Source: Phoronis australis (Eukaryota > Animalia > Phoronida). Taken from it: 64,000 bases of DNA. Shown one piece after another: positions 39,701 to 54,700 of the stretch. The position numbers and the translations under genes are program-made. The notes under the pieces are model-generated. The model worked only from the letters and a program-made list of their open reading frames with translations, had not been told where the DNA came from and made no database searches. How positions within the stretch are numbered: the first letter of the stretch is position 1; every line of letters begins with the position of its first letter. The stretch is taken from contig NMRA01000729.1 of assembly GCA_002633005.1 (NCBI GenBank), positions 107,353-171,352 of the forward strand, in the 5' to 3' direction.

Positions 39701-42700
39701 CAAACACCGTTCACTGAGTCAAATACACGGGATCGGACTCACAAAACACGATTCATTCACCCAAAACACACAACCATCACTCATATTCACTTAGAAACAC
39801 AACAAACGGACCGCCAAACACGTTTTACGGAAAACATGTGATTTCTTGACAGTGGTGTAATGGGTGCTAGATTAAATATAATTTTGATCATATGTTTGTC
39901 TTTAATGTGATGTAATTGTTGTGTATTAGAAACAATGAACATTGTCTTAACTGCTTATTTGTTCTAAAATTTATTGGCGTCCAAAACCTTTTTGTATCAT
40001 CAATTCTGAATATTGACATTGACAGTAGCGACTTCCGTTATCTTGCTTTCTTCTTCAAATGAAATGGATCGTTCGAACTCCGTAAAAAATCCTGCTGTTT
40101 GGCCAAAAAACACATTTTTAGGCAAATGTGTTGCCAAGAAAAGGGAATTCGATCAATGCCTTTTCTGAGTAGTAATAATCCTTTATTTTGAGCAACTTAC
40201 CCGGGAAGACGATGGGAGTGAACCGTGTTTGGCGGTGTGTGTATCGTGTTTCTAAAGTGAATGCTAACAGCCATTCTGAATGAATCGGTTGTCCTTAAAA
40301 GGACTGTTGTAAATACGTTGACATCTGTTGACAAAGTTAATTGTGCAATAGTCAATTAGTTTTTGCAATATCTGCCCAGCTTGACAACAAATTTAATGTG
40401 CATTACGCTTCCAGATCTCCTTGTGGCACAGATGATCGTAACCAACCTCGGTCAGCAGAAAATTTGGAGGAGGAGCAGGATGAAGACATTGACGTGGACT
40501 GAGTCCCTATGGGCGTAGTTTTAGAGGTTTCATGACTTTGGCATTTTTCCTTACAGCTGTGTTTTTAAATTTTAACTTAAAAAATGCATAGTTGGTCAAC
40601 GCTTTGTTCGTTTTCATAAAGTATGAATGCTCCACAAATTTTAACTGAATTTGTGACTAAAGTGACCTTTTAAGAGAAATTGTCGAATTAACTCTCCGCT
40701 ATCTGGACACTTAACACCAGAAGCTGTAACACTAAATAAACGCGCATGGGTGATTGTTAGGCATAACTTTTCGAATAAACGCCCACGAGAATTTTATCGA
40801 GAGGGCTCATCTGCGGACAATCCAGGTAGTTAGTTTTTGATGACTGTTTCTCCTGTTTTCGAAACTTTGGAAAACGCTCATTGAACTCGAATTTGTTATG
40901 TGACTTCACCAAACATATTCAAAATGGCAGAACACTTTTTAATGTCACGGCTCACCTTCAGTACTGATACGATCCAACTGAACATCCGGGGACATCTCTT
41001 TTTTGATTGACCGGCGACGTCTGAGAACACAGTGAAGTAAATTTCATAAATGTCGTTAATTAATCTTGTTAATCAAACTTTGAGCTTTAGCTTAACGAGT
41101 AATTGGATGTGTACATGTGCTCCCAAAAACAGTTTTTAAACTGTCTATATGACACGAGTTTGGCAAACAAAAATCAAAAATCCCCATTACACTAACTTCC
41201 CAATTTTTTTAAACAATTATCAATTAATTTCAGTATTTGTATTAGCAGATCTATACTAAAGTTTTGAAACATAAATCCTATTCACAGAGGGAGATCAGTA
41301 GAATACACATGGAAAAAACAAATGGAGGCAAGGTCCAGCTATGACGTACTATCGAACAGGTAGAAAATGAAACCAATACCTTGCGACTGAGAGCCTAAAA
41401 TGAGACAATACTCACTTCCAGACACTCTTACCTCAGGTAAACAAGAACCAAGATGACTGTTACCAATAAGAATGTTGCAACACCACCTCCAGCGCCACCT
41501 ATCGTTAATAATCTATTTTGTTTGTAGTTCCTTGCTGAAATTGTTGACAAAAACTTCATTCAGTGCAATATAAGGTAATGTCAGACACAACTAAGTACGC
41601 AATTACATCCAACATACGTTCGTAATGTCTTCAGTTTAGAAATGCTGTAACGTTCAGGATGATTGAACTTACTGTATGCAGACCACGACATAACGAGCTG
41701 CAGGTCGCATTTGCGACCTGAAATTTGGAAATGCGAGCTGAGATTTTTGTCAACTCGTATCAAGTCGCAAAATGCGACCTGGAATTTCCAACAAATGCGA
41801 GCTGAGTTTTTACACTTCTCGGTAGATACCTGGCAAATATGAAGCAACTCTTGTTTATCCGACCGTTATTTGGTTGTTGCCAAATCCAAGTTCAGAAGAA
41901 CACTAACCTAGAACAGCCCTCCCGATGACTTGTAAGCAAGTCGCGTGAACATGGGATATGCAGAATCGATCTTTGACGCGTTTCATTGGCTAATATTTTC
42001 GGCCTCTTTTGCAAATGTCCGGATTCGCTGAAGAAAGTTTCGGGCCACTGCAGAAAACGTGATAAAACGTCACAAAACAGCGGTGTTTCTACTAATTCTT
42101 AAGCGATCAACTTACTAAACTTTGTGGTGGACAAATATGTTTATTTTTTGCGTGAGATGTCCTTATTACATGTACCAAATATCCACGAAAATATCCCTGA
42201 AATCGCACTGCGGCACTGGTCGGTCCCGTAGTTATCGCACAAGCGTTCCCGGCACACAATCGTGACTTAGAAATGTGCGTCTCATTTTTATCTCACAAGA
42301 CAGCCAAAGTGAAAATGGCAACCCTATTAATCGCCAAACGACGGCCACGCCTTTACTTTCAGTTGCCAAGAAGTTCTCAAACCCCTTTACTTGTTTCTGA
42401 GGCTACGTGCGCGAAACGTGATTTGTCTTTCACACGTTGTTGCCAACGTAAAGTGTAGGCCTACTCCAGCGATTCAAGAGCGTAAACTCATGCGTGTGCA
42501 CCACTTCAAATGTGCACGTCAAAAGAGAACAGCGACAGTCCTAAATGAAAGAGTATACCGGTTTGGCTCTGTTAAGCACCCGAGTGCCAGTAGTTTATTT
42601 GAAAATGAACTCATAGATTCCCGGCGGTTATAAAAGACCCGGTGCATTACGATATTCCCCGGGACCGATATAACCCAGAAGTGATGTTTCCTGTTCCGAT

Positions 42701-45700
42701 GTTTTCCGAGGTCGATGTTCCCAAAACCCTATATTCTATGCCGTAGCCAGCTATTACAACAAAACGGGTACTGGATGCGAAATTGTGGTTAGCGATTTTT
42801 TTTTTCTCCTCTTCATACACCCACCCCCCCCCNNNNNNNNNNNNNNNNNNNNNNNNNNNNNNNNNCCCGGCAACTTTTCGCTCCCCGTCACCGTCGCCGT
42901 AAAATGTTCAGACTCCAATAGAAACAATCTTGTTCCGGCTGGAGCGGGCAATTAAAAACGAAATTATTCCGGGTGGCTAAAAAGGGTACAGTGTAGGTAG
43001 TAACGATATCTAGAAAGTCACCCCTACTAGATGGAGTTTGCTTCGCAATATTCTAATATTATAACGTTTCTTACCGTTGCAGTATTTTAATATCTTATTA
43101 CCGCAAACACTCATGTTATCGACTATGCTCATGCAGAAGCTTACTCCCTACCTTTGAAGTGTTTCATAATAAGCGCTCACTGACCTACTAAGTGTTCCCC
43201 TTCAACGTTTGAGAATTTCCAATTAAGCGCCCACAGTTCAGGCTAGCGCCCATCATAGCGCACTACAAACGACCGCGCGTAGTTTAAAAGTGACACGCAG
43301 CCTATATGGTGTGTCACTCTCATTTTACACAACAAATTCAGTTTTCAAAAAACGTCTTTTCTCAATATGTAAAAACCAAACGGGGCTTTGTTTCATACCT
43401 CCGAAAGAAAGGTAACACTAGTGACATGCGTGTCGTTTTGTGACTGACCTATTTTTCCCGTACTTGAAAGGTATTGAGGAGAAAAGTCGCCAATACCCTA
43501 CGGAAACCCGCACGGAGGGAGTCGGGAATTATTTTGAGGCTATTCATATCATAGAAAACTAATTGTTGAGTACGTAAGCAGAATAAGCACCACATTTTTG
43601 TTGTGAAATTTGCACTGAATTGTTCCCGCGCATCCCAATAGGTCACTCGGTTAGGGCATCGTTTCACGGATTTTTTTTGACAGATTTTTTCAGACGTCGA
43701 GTTAAGTTGCAAAATTCGGGCTGCGAAAAAAGTGGAAGGAATTTGCACTCCGAGTTAGTCTGAATCTTTAACGACTTTGATGACAGCCAGTAGCAGGTCA
43801 GACCTAGCAAAATCCCGGATATTTTTTTCAACGGGCATTTTCTCCCTTTTCATATCGCAAACTTAGCTACTCGAATGCACGCGTCAGTTAGAGACCACTG
43901 ATTCAACTTTCACGTCGGCAACTCGCCTTGCGCTCTAAAGTCTTTCAATGGCGGTCGTGAAGAACAGTAACGCCGTACCTGCATGAACGAAGTCAATTTT
44001 GCGATCTGAAATTAGTGAGTATTTAACGCTGCAGGTATGAGCATAATCTAAGCATTTTATCGATGACCTAAAAAATCAATTTTGGCGATTATAAAGGTGG
44101 AAAAATTTGCCACCTGGCATTTATGAATGCGAGCGGGATTTTGAAAATGCGACCTGGGATTTTGGCTAGGTCGCAAAATGCAACCTGGTGATTTTAATAG
44201 CGTCAAACCCTGGTATGCAGTGGCGGATCTAGGATATCACAAGGGGGCCTAAAATTTTGTCTGTAAACATTTGCGCAAAGCACGATTGTAGATGCGCATA
44301 GCACCGAACGAGGGAGGTCGGGAGGGGGGTTTGCACCTCTCCCGCCAGGAAATTTTTTCTGTTTTTTCCTCTAAAAATCAAGCATTTTCCTAGATTCCTG
44401 CAGTATTATCCAAGAAAAAAAGGCAAAGAAATAAAAAAACACGGAGAACGTATCAAACCTGAAAAATTGCAATTACCACAGACTCGAACTCACGACCTGG
44501 CGTTTAGAGCGCGCGTGATTTACCGCTACACCACCACGAACTTTTCACTAGTAAGTGTATGCTAAGAGACATACTTGTTTATGGCTCACAGCGTTTGCGC
44601 GCGAAACCTACTTCTTTTTGTAATGTTTTACTACACTTTTTGTGCAATCAGTTCGTAACAAATTTGTTGTATTTATTGTAGTCTTCAATTGCCGGTAGCT
44701 TGGGATATCGCGTGAGAGCCTATACTTAGCCATAGTTCCGTTACGATTGAGCCGTGTTCCGAATTTGACACTTGAAATTGGATCTGAGCNNNNNNNNNNN
44801 NNNNNNNNNNNNNNNNNNNNNNNNNNNNNNNNNNNNNNNNNNNNNNNNNNNNNNNNNNNNNNNNNNNNNNNNNNNNNNNNNNNNNNNNNNNNNNNNNNNN
44901 NNNNNNNNNNNNNNNNNNNNNNNNNNNNNNNNNNNNNNNNNNNNNNNNNNNNNNNNNNNNNNNNNNNNNNNNNNNNNNNNNNNNNNNNNNNNNNNNNNNN
45001 NNNNNNNNNNNNNNNNNNNNNNNNNNNNNNNNNNNNNNNNNNNNNNNNNNNNNNNNNNNNNNNNNNNNNNNNNNNNNNNNNNNNNNNNNNNNNNNNNNNN
45101 NNNNNNNNNNNNNNNNNNNNNNNNNNNNNNNNNNNNNNNNNNNCCCCCCCCCAACACACTAAAACTGCCCATATTTCAATCTTGTTTCCACCATATAATG
45201 TTAATTACCGGGGTTATTTAATAAACTCAACATTTTCCTACGCTCTTGCTGTTTTATTTTTTGCGGCAGCCAAGGGGGGGCGGGCCCCCCCTCCCTAAAT
45301 CCGTCTATGGGTATGACAAGCAAACTAAATTAGTAGCAGTTCTGAATAGCTCAGGTCGTTACTATTTAGGCTTATGAATCACAAATGTATTGTCAATCTG
45401 AAAATTACCTTCTAAATAACCGCCTGGAGTCAATTCTTTAATCGGGTATACTTGAAAATGTGTCTTCATCTCCTGAAGCAAGTGAACGTAAGGGTGTGAT
45501 TAAAAGGTGACAATTGGCTTTGTAAAATATGCTTAGGCACACGCCGTGTCCCTACACAGCAAACACGACTTCAGCAACGTCTAATGTTTTCGGAAAATAT
45601 ATAATCGATTCAATTACAGAACACTATGTATACTCACGACAGCATTCTGAACGACGACTCCCAAACGGAATCTGTATTTTTTGCCTTCTTCAAGCGCCAC

Positions 45701-48700
45701 GTTTTTGTAGCCTCCATAAACTTTTCCGTCTCCAATAATAAAGCTTTCCTTCGCAAGCACGTCATCAAGGGTCAGGTTAGCAGTTATGTAACGATAACTA
45801 CCCTTAGCTCTTGCATCCGAGAATCCATTTAACGTTGACACGTCAATCAACTCTACGTATTTACGAGTGGCTCTCATCTCAACAACGACAAGGTAAAACC
45901 TGTTTAAGAGCATTTAAATTCACTGACGTCATCATTCGAGATTATTGTTGGATGGTTTGGACTTTTTAAAATATTGGCTTTGATCAGAGTTATAAAGCAT
46001 TAAAATCCGTCTTTGCTATGATTTTTTATCATCAATTCCCGCCAATGTCTGGCAGACAATCGCTGAAACCTAGGCTTACGTCTGAGAGACGCCTCTTCGG
46101 AAAGCAGCTCCTAGCAGAGCGAAAAGTTCGTGGAAATTTGCCCACACTGCCCTGATATGAAGACGTTTAACCTCAAACATGGTGTAATTGTGTTTTGATT
46201 TTTTTAGTCTTTCCGCAAACCTAAACCAAATATGACGCTTATCGGCTCTAGGTGTCGGTTGTCTCCCATGTGGTTCATCAAGGGACGAAATGTGAAAGGT
46301 CAACCTTTTATAGAGACTAGCAATGAGAGATTTCGTCAACATGGAACAGAGTTACCTGATGTATTCTTTGTTTTGGTAGTCTTTTACAGGTACCACAGGT
46401 AGCGTTGCAGTGGTTGACGTCACTTCCTCCCTGTCTGTCTGTGGTAATTGAAACTTAGGAATGTCTGAAATGAGAAATTTAGCTCGCGTAAACAGACACT
46501 GATTATTAAGATTTGTTCACGTAGGCAATAGACAATTTGCGCGGAATCTGTCGAGGCAGACGCATCCACAAAAAAAACACAAAAATAAAAATTGACTAGC
46601 AGCCATTTTAGAAGAATACAGCAAACAGAAGCTGCAAGCTGTAACGAGGCAATTAAACTCTATTTATTTCCACAAGACATAAGTATCTCCATCTCCGTTG
46701 TTTTTCGAAATTCATGTAAAAACATTTTAACTTGAATAAGAGACCATGGCTCTGTTTCATTAAAATGTTTTAAATTTTAGACATGTAAGAGTCTCATGAC
46801 CAGTCATCAGTTTTGACGTACGTCTCCGTTTCATATTTTGTAGAAGTATCGTAAAGTTTCGATATTTTAATGAATCAAGGCTCACGTCGTAAAGCATGTT
46901 TACACGTACATGCAATGACCACAAGAGCTTGATCGCGACCTGTGTGTGGCCAATTTGACCTCAGATTTTGTTTGTGGCCGGGTAAAAAATCGCCACGCAC
47001 ACATTCGAAATACTACGTCAAAGAGGCAGACGTGAATAGAAATCGATCATCAAAAATAGGAAGGGGCCGTGTAGGAGTAATACATTGGTGCATCAGTGAG
47101 GCTTTGCACTGAGCATTCTGGTTCAAGAGAGCGAAATTTGCAGTCACCGGTTAAACGAACAGTTCTTGGGTGCCAAGGCAGACAATTACGGAGTTCATCA
47201 GTTCTTCGCCGAAAGCCTATCTTTTTCTCCATTGTCGGCTCCAGTCAACGAGATTTGTTGACCTCAGCTACCGTTTAGCGAATATAGGTAAGAGCGCTTT
47301 AGGTTAGACGATGTTATGCTAAAAGTTGAGACCACATTATTTTTGAAAAAATTTTTAACATACCAGACAAAGTCGTCCAACAATCTCTCGCTGCTGGCGG
47401 TCCAAATCCAACGGAAGTGCTCGCCTGCACGTGAAAGGTGTACCTCGTGCCAGGCTCTAGATCACGTACATCAAAGGTCAAGGTACTTGAGCTCACAGTC
47501 TCGGATACTTGTCTTTCATTTTTCGGTGTCCATGAAATCTAGGAGACCGATAATCCACAAATAACCTTTTATATAGAATTAGTAAGCGTTGTTCCCTTGA
47601 TTCTAACAATATCTTATGAGGTGCGCACGTGCAGTAAACTGGAGAATTTGCATTTTTGTGGCAGTTTGAAGGCACGATGAGTGTAAAGCATTAATGAAAA
47701 ACAGTAGAAAACATCCCACTGTATTACATCCGTACACGAATTCACAGAGCTGTCCACCAACTACCTGATCGCCGTCTAGCAACAAGGCGTATTTCATCAT
47801 GTCGCCGTTATATCGGAGAATAGCAATATTTAAACTGGTAATGAATAAACCACCAGTATGTTGAATATGCAGTCGGGTTATGCAGTAAAGATTATTAGTC
47901 AGACGCTAATATGGTCACTTATTAGCCAGACGCCCATATGGTCACTTGTTAGCCAGACGTCCAAGGAGGACTGACGGATACTTGATTTCATGCATATACA
48001 CTGAGACTACCCTTATCCGGTCAATCCTGGTACGCACTATCTATGGGGTGCATAAGGTAATCATTTTAAGAGGGTGGTAATAAAGTTGGTCTTCCAAACA
48101 CGGGGTGGCACTCATACCTGGCCGTGTGTTGATAGCAAAACCTAGAGCTGTGAAATAGGGCTTAAAACGAGACCCATGTTTGTACTTTGTGTGGAAAATT
48201 GTTGTCAAATTATGTCCTATCCTTCGGCCTCATATGAAGTTTGAGTGTTGCTAGCCTGAGTTGTCGACATTTTCAAATCACGACATTATTCACACCATGC
48301 AGGGGATAAATGTACCGAACTATACAGTAACCACGTTGAGATCTCCCATCCTGTCTTCAGTCTCTTACACTGCACTAATACGCACACACGTGCCAAATTT
48401 ATTTCAAGAATGGTGAAAACGCGACACAACGTATTAGCCAGAACTTGAAAATTGAGTCGATGTCAACGTCCCACGGTTCCCTTGCTGAGTTCACCCGTAC
48501 TGTCACTTTGAGGAAGTACACCAAAAGTTGCATTACGTTTTATCAAAATTCAGTACATCATTGGAACCTCTTCCGTTTCTTACCAGCGTTCGATAGTTTT
48601 GGCTTAAATTTCAGTTTCAAAAAATATTATACTTCAAATAGCGGGATCTACAATCAAAGACGGTCAATTAAACGCTCGTCTTTTCTTGTTTACTGACAAA

Positions 48701-51700
48701 ACACAATCTGTCATTTTAGATATAGAAAGTACATGAACCAAAAGCACGACCGCGGCAACATTTAGGAATAAAACAGTTTTGTGTGCTTGTGTTTTCAGCT
48801 CTTGATAAACCCACAAAAGTCGAAATATAGTTTAATGTTAAGCCATGAACAGCGCAACAAACATTTCTTATGTTTAATAATATACATGTATGTTCAAGTT
48901 GCCAAATCCACCAAAATGCACAACGCAGGCATGTAAATTGCAAACAAAATGGCGGGATAACCTGTTCGTACCATCACCAGAAACCAGACTTGATTTACGA
49001 TCCACGTTCAATTTGTCAAATGTGGAGTAAAAATAAGTTACTATTTCTTCGTTGTAAACAAAAGCACCAACCGATTTCCGTTTATGTAAATGTTTGGCGA
49101 TAAATCACGATAGACAACGCTACATTTACCCAGAGCTTTGTGTAAATGAGATATCTATGCAGTTTCTTCCCTGTCTTATAAGGAAAACCTCCATTCCGTC
49201 TATAAGTTTAAGATCTACGGTCATTCTGATCACGTGTAACACGGGTAAAGCTTTTCCTGTTTCTGCATATCCTGTTCATTCAAGGGCCCATGAAATGCGG
49301 TCCTGTTTACAAGGCATTATAATTAGCTGATAGCTTTAGAATTAGAACACCACAAATTAGCAAAACGTACGTTGTATCGCGTCAAGTATCCGTTTTTTCG
49401 AGTAGGTTCCACCCATCCCACGGATAGCGAGGTCTGTTCACGTGACTTGCAAATAACGTCGTTTGGCCTGTCAGGAACTGGAAGTATAATGACGTCGTCA
49501 GTGACAGTGACAGTGGCAGTGTCGTGGCCAAAGGCAATAACAGTATTAGGATGTTAATCCGCCAGTCACTCCTCATAAAGCAATGTCATGCAGTCACTAA
49601 ACCAGAACAATGGGACATACAAACTTGATCTTCGCTGAAGGTTAGATGTGCAGTTCTGATTTTTTTCCATGTGTGTGCTGGTTGTATTATAAATGCCTGG
49701 TGATGATATTTAGTAATATCGAAACGTCGGCGTGAAGCACAGAGTATTGTTTTTTGATATGTTACAATGGCGGATCTAGGATATCACAAGGAGGGGCCCA
49801 ACATTTTGCCTGTAAGAATTTGCGCAAACCAAGATTGTAGATGCGCATAGGACAGAATTGGGGAGGTCAGGAGAGAGGCAAATAACTCCCGCTCAGGAAG
49901 TTTTTCTGTTTTTTCCTCTAAAAATAAACCATTTTCCTGGAAGTATTATCCAAGAAAAAAGGCAAAAAACACGGAGAACGTGACAAACAGGGAAAACTGC
50001 AAATACCACAGACTCGAACTCACAACTTGATGTTTAGAGCGCGCGTGCTTTACCACTACACCATCACGATTTAACTCCTAATTTGTTACTAAGAGACCAA
50101 CTTGTTTATGGTGTACAGCGTTTGCGCGCAAAACCTACTTCTTTTTGTAATGCTTATTGCACGTTTTATATTTTGTGCAACCGGTTCGTAACAAATTTGT
50201 TGTATTTAAAATAGTCTTCAATTGCCCATAAGACCAAATCCGTTTTTCGTGTTGGCAATAATGACGGGATTGCTTTGGAAATCGTCTTAAGTTAAGGTTT
50301 GGCAAAGAAAGAATTATGAGTTTTTGAGTCATTCACTAAGGCTTCGATGAAAATTCACATCTTACCAGCAGGTTCTGTTTTTTCATTGTTAGGTTCCATT
50401 ATCTTTAAAAAATGAAGTAATTTTCTTCATTGCACAGTGGAGCAGACGACGGAAACGGAGTCGTAGTGCACATCGCCACTGCCGGTCGCTTGGGATACCG
50501 CGAGAGAGCCTTTACTTAGCCATAGTTCCGTTACGATTGCGCCGTGTTCCGAATTTGACACCCCAACACTAAAACTGCACATATTTAAATCTTGTTTCAT
50601 CCGTACAATTTTAGTTACCGGGGTTAATTAATAGACTCAACATTTGCCCACGCTCTTGCAGTTTTACTTTTTTGCGGCAGCCAAGGGGGGGGCCTGGGCC
50701 ACCCCCTAAATCCGCTTATGTTTTACTAACGACGATTGTTGAAAAACAATGCATACTTTGAAACACAAAATCGAATTCATGAACAGTGAGAATGTGTTAT
50801 TTGAATGTTGTTACCGCTCACGAGAGATGCCAACGGTGCATCAGCAGATGTGAGAGCAAGCTTTTTATGAACTCGATCAAACAGAACTTACAATCTTAAA
50901 ACACGATGTGGCCAACAGGTGACACGTCAGACGTTATAATTCCAAAGCAGTCTCCCAAAGCCATGGTGTCTACTTGCAGGCTCACTACAGAAAGAGACCA
51001 GTGCTAGCCAAATGTGCCGACTGTTCTACGCTTTGTCAAGCAACAGTTTTCAAAGATATTTGGAATTTTCTACCTTCACGGTCGTCAGGAAGCTGGGTCA
51101 TAAAATAATCACATTTTGTCATGCCCCCAATAACTTTACAATATCAAATTCATCATTAAAAAGGCTAATTTCAAAATGATCACGTTGCCTGTTTCCCTTT
51201 CCGCTAATAGAAAACCTCGACGACTAGCCTCGTTCCGAACGGCAGTCAAATAAAACTAGGTCAGTAGGTGTGTTGTGTTGAAAATGACGAATTAGGCTGG
51301 CTTACTTTTAAGGTTCTTTCTCAAATCATGGCATTAACTTTTCGGCAAATGCTCTTTTGATAGAAAGGCGTGCAACCCGAGATTCTTGCAATATAGAAAC
51401 TTGGTTTCGACAATAGTGGCGACCTCTTTCGTCACCCGATGTTTTCTGTGGGCAGCTGCGCCCACTTCTTTATATTGGTTCATTTGGGAAACACAACTAC
51501 CTCAGGTAACGCTTTGGTTAGCAAAAATTTAGGCACGGTTTTGTCCCCTTTAGGACGTGTCTGTTAATAATGTCTACTAGAACAAAATCACAAAAATAGT
51601 ATAATCTTACCTCCTTCCTCAATTGTTTCATGGATAGAGGTGCTCCAGGAGCCCCATTCGCTGGTTTTTGCCCGAATCTGGAAAACATGTGTTAACTTCT

Positions 51701-54700
51701 ATGTACATGTAAGCTTTATATGAACGCCAGGTGCATCGTGAATGGCGTTTCTTAATTGTCTTCCATGCCGATGGAAAGCTTGTATTGTCGAACTTTGCAA
51801 TCATTTGCATAATATGAAGGTATTCAAACTGCACTCTGTGTGTTTTTTTTCCTATTTTTACACCCGTCCATGAAGGTTCACTTGAACCATTATGCATATT
51901 ATGCCTTTTAAAGACCTCAATATCTGAATGAATAGTTGTCACTGTTTCATCAATAAACATGTGTGCCTGTAATGAGAATGTTATTAAAGCAATTTATGTT
52001 ACCTGAAACTCGTACATATGCTTAAACTTGAGGTTGAAGAGCGTCATGGATGAGCATTCACTACACGGTGTTGTATTGAAGTTTTCGCTGTCATTGATAC
52101 TGCGGTGTCGAACACTATATTCACGAATTACGCCATTCGGGGGACATGGTGGTTTCCAGCCGATACTGACAGATGTTGTGTTCATGTCTACCACAGTTAG
52201 GTTCCTAGGTGCTGGCGGAGCTGTTGAGACAAATGAGACATAGCAAGACGAGAGGCACGGCACACCATGACAAGGTCATTACAATATATAGTGTAATTAC
52301 CAGAATCGTCACAACCTGTTAAAGGCTTAACATCTCACTACTGTATCTACATGCACACTGTTGCAAGAAAGGTCGAAATAGTTTAAAGGAACAAAGCATG
52401 TCCGCGGCGTTTTATTTTGTGTCAGGTCTGGAAGGAGTTGGTCATGGATCGTTTGCGTTGCATTCAAGTTTACTTTTACCGGAACCGAGTGCCGCCAGTC
52501 CTCGCCCACTGAAACTGAGTTTGAGTTGAGTATAAAACTCTTCGTCAATTTTCAGATAAAAACAGAGAACAGAACCAAATATGCTTTTTGGTCGTATACG
52601 AGGATTGATGCGTCTGGCTAATTAGTGGTTTTAAATTCTTTGTATCTCCAATTTAACAGGAGAATATTTGTCTTTAGGTCACATGTTGTGATTTCGGATC
52701 AGAAATGTGAGGTACTTGCGAGCATAGTGGCGAGACTACGCAAGTGTTGTTTAGATAACAGCATGCATGACGAGCGAAGCAAGTAACTTTACCAGATGTA
52801 GTCATTAACTAATACAACGGAATGAACTACATCCTTGAAGGTAGAAGATTCCCCCAGTTGTTGGTCATTTTACTGCGCATGTAAATAGATTAATTCTATG
52901 TCTTACCACTTTCTGCGGTCACGCTATAACTCCATTCACTCCATGGTCCAGGAAGGTTGTTATTTGAAGCTCGAACTTTGAATGAGTAATTCATGTGAGA
53001 GTGAAGGTTGTCAAACTTGTGGGAAAGTGTTTTGATGGAGCCGTTCGAAACTTCCTCGGAAAGGCATGGTGATTTTATTCTGTGTAGTTGGTAATCATAA
53101 CGTGTAATCGGTCCATTCCTTGATAAGCAGGACGGAGGTTGCCAGTGCAATTTCAACGAATTTGAAGAACCTTCTGAAGACGCCACATTAATCGGAGACT
53201 TAGACGGTGCTGAAACGTGAGATAATGCTTAGTAAAATCACCAATACTCACCAGTTGTTCAAATCATGTTTAACGATTCTTAAGGTGACATAGTACTTAC
53301 TATCATCCAAGGGCTAAGCTACACAAAGTGTCAAAATACCAATTCCATGCAAAGTATATATCATTGAAGATTTGTAAACGAAATTGTCAAGGACACATTT
53401 TTACTCGAGTTCCCAGCAAATCTTGTGGGCGTGGTTTATTTGTGCTTGAATCCCACTGAAGTCGTACTACAAGACGTAAGTAACGTTACAATTGAATAAG
53501 AAATATTTACCAGACACACTGGTACTTAGAGTTATATTTTCTTCATCGCCATCTAGTGTTGCAGTTCTTGCACGTACACTTATTTCGTAGCGTGCATAAG
53601 GACGAAGGTTGCCCAAAGAATTCTCGAATGTATCAGTACTGAGCGTCTCAAATTCTTCTGATGAATTGAATGTAGAGTCACATGCTAACATCTCTTTGAG
53701 CTTGTACTGAATTTTGTAGTCTTTGACGCGACATCCATTGGGGACAGGTGGTTTCCAGCTTATGCTGATTGTGGTAGGCGTGACACTGGAGTTTACCAGT
53801 TCCTGCACATGGTTAGCTGCTGTTGAAGAAAGGCAAACGACTTCAATTACTTGCTCATTTCATATCTACGCTCCGGTAGTGATCTCTTCGTAAATGACCA
53901 TGTGTATTAACATTATCGTTTGGACTGGCAACCGGAAGGATGGACCATCCAATGAAAAAGACGGAAGGCAAATGCAAAGGACGGACGCGAAATGGGGAAA
54001 ACGGGGTTGTGAAAGTGGCGTCATTGCTTAATTTCTTGTCACGATATCAAATTTTACAGTGAGTTTCAGCTTTTGGATTAGGCATTGTTAGGAATATATT
54101 GGAAACTGCATCGAATGACTGCTGAGAATTAAAGAGATGAATTTATTTTTACACGAAATTAGTTTTTAATCTGTTTTTGGTTTACTTCTGTAGTAGGCTA
54201 CAATAATCGTAAAGTTAACAAAATTTTAACTTTTCACACGTGACATGACACTCCCATTCCGTCAGCTGATCTGAGATCGAAAAACGAAACATGGTCCGAC
54301 CTTCCCTCTATATTTTCGTCATGGCTTCCCTAATTCTCATTTGTCTCTTCCATTTTCGGTCTCCTCATCTTAATTTCACCTTTCCATGTTGCCTCCATCC
54401 AAAACTGCATTCATGAATTGGATCATGAAACACAATGTCTTTAGTAACAAACTTATGAGTCTTATCTGTAACTCGGCCGATAAAAACGTTTTCAAACTTC
54501 TCTCAAGTGCTCGACAGCAGACGACGGTTTCCCCAATATGGGTGGTAAAGTCGAAGGAAATAGACTACGCCTCGGTTTTTATCCTATAAAAACTGACAGG
54601 AGCTTTAAACCTAAATTATTACGTTGCAGCCCTCAACGTAGCTGCATCCACTCACCTTTTTCAAGGCTGGTAGTATTATACTCTGGTGAGACCTCCGATA

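Noticed and set aside
41690-44212. Clusters of ATGCGACCTG-like motifs at about 41700-41806 and 44128-44190, ending in AAACCCTG
   Set aside because: Probably subterminal repeats of a decayed DNA transposon, but no matching left terminus or TSD could be defined.
44608-45298. Four long ORFs (143-183 aa) in the ORF track
   Set aside because: They are artefacts of reading through the N gap at 44790-45143.
47894-47964. CRISPR-like repeat
   Set aside because: The units are head-to-tail with no spacers, and the context is a eukaryotic intron.
1-53819. Genes A and B as two alleles mis-assembled in inverted orientation
   Set aside because: Most introns do not align, one exon pair is only about 55% identical in protein, and the C-termini differ. 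This fits paralogy better.
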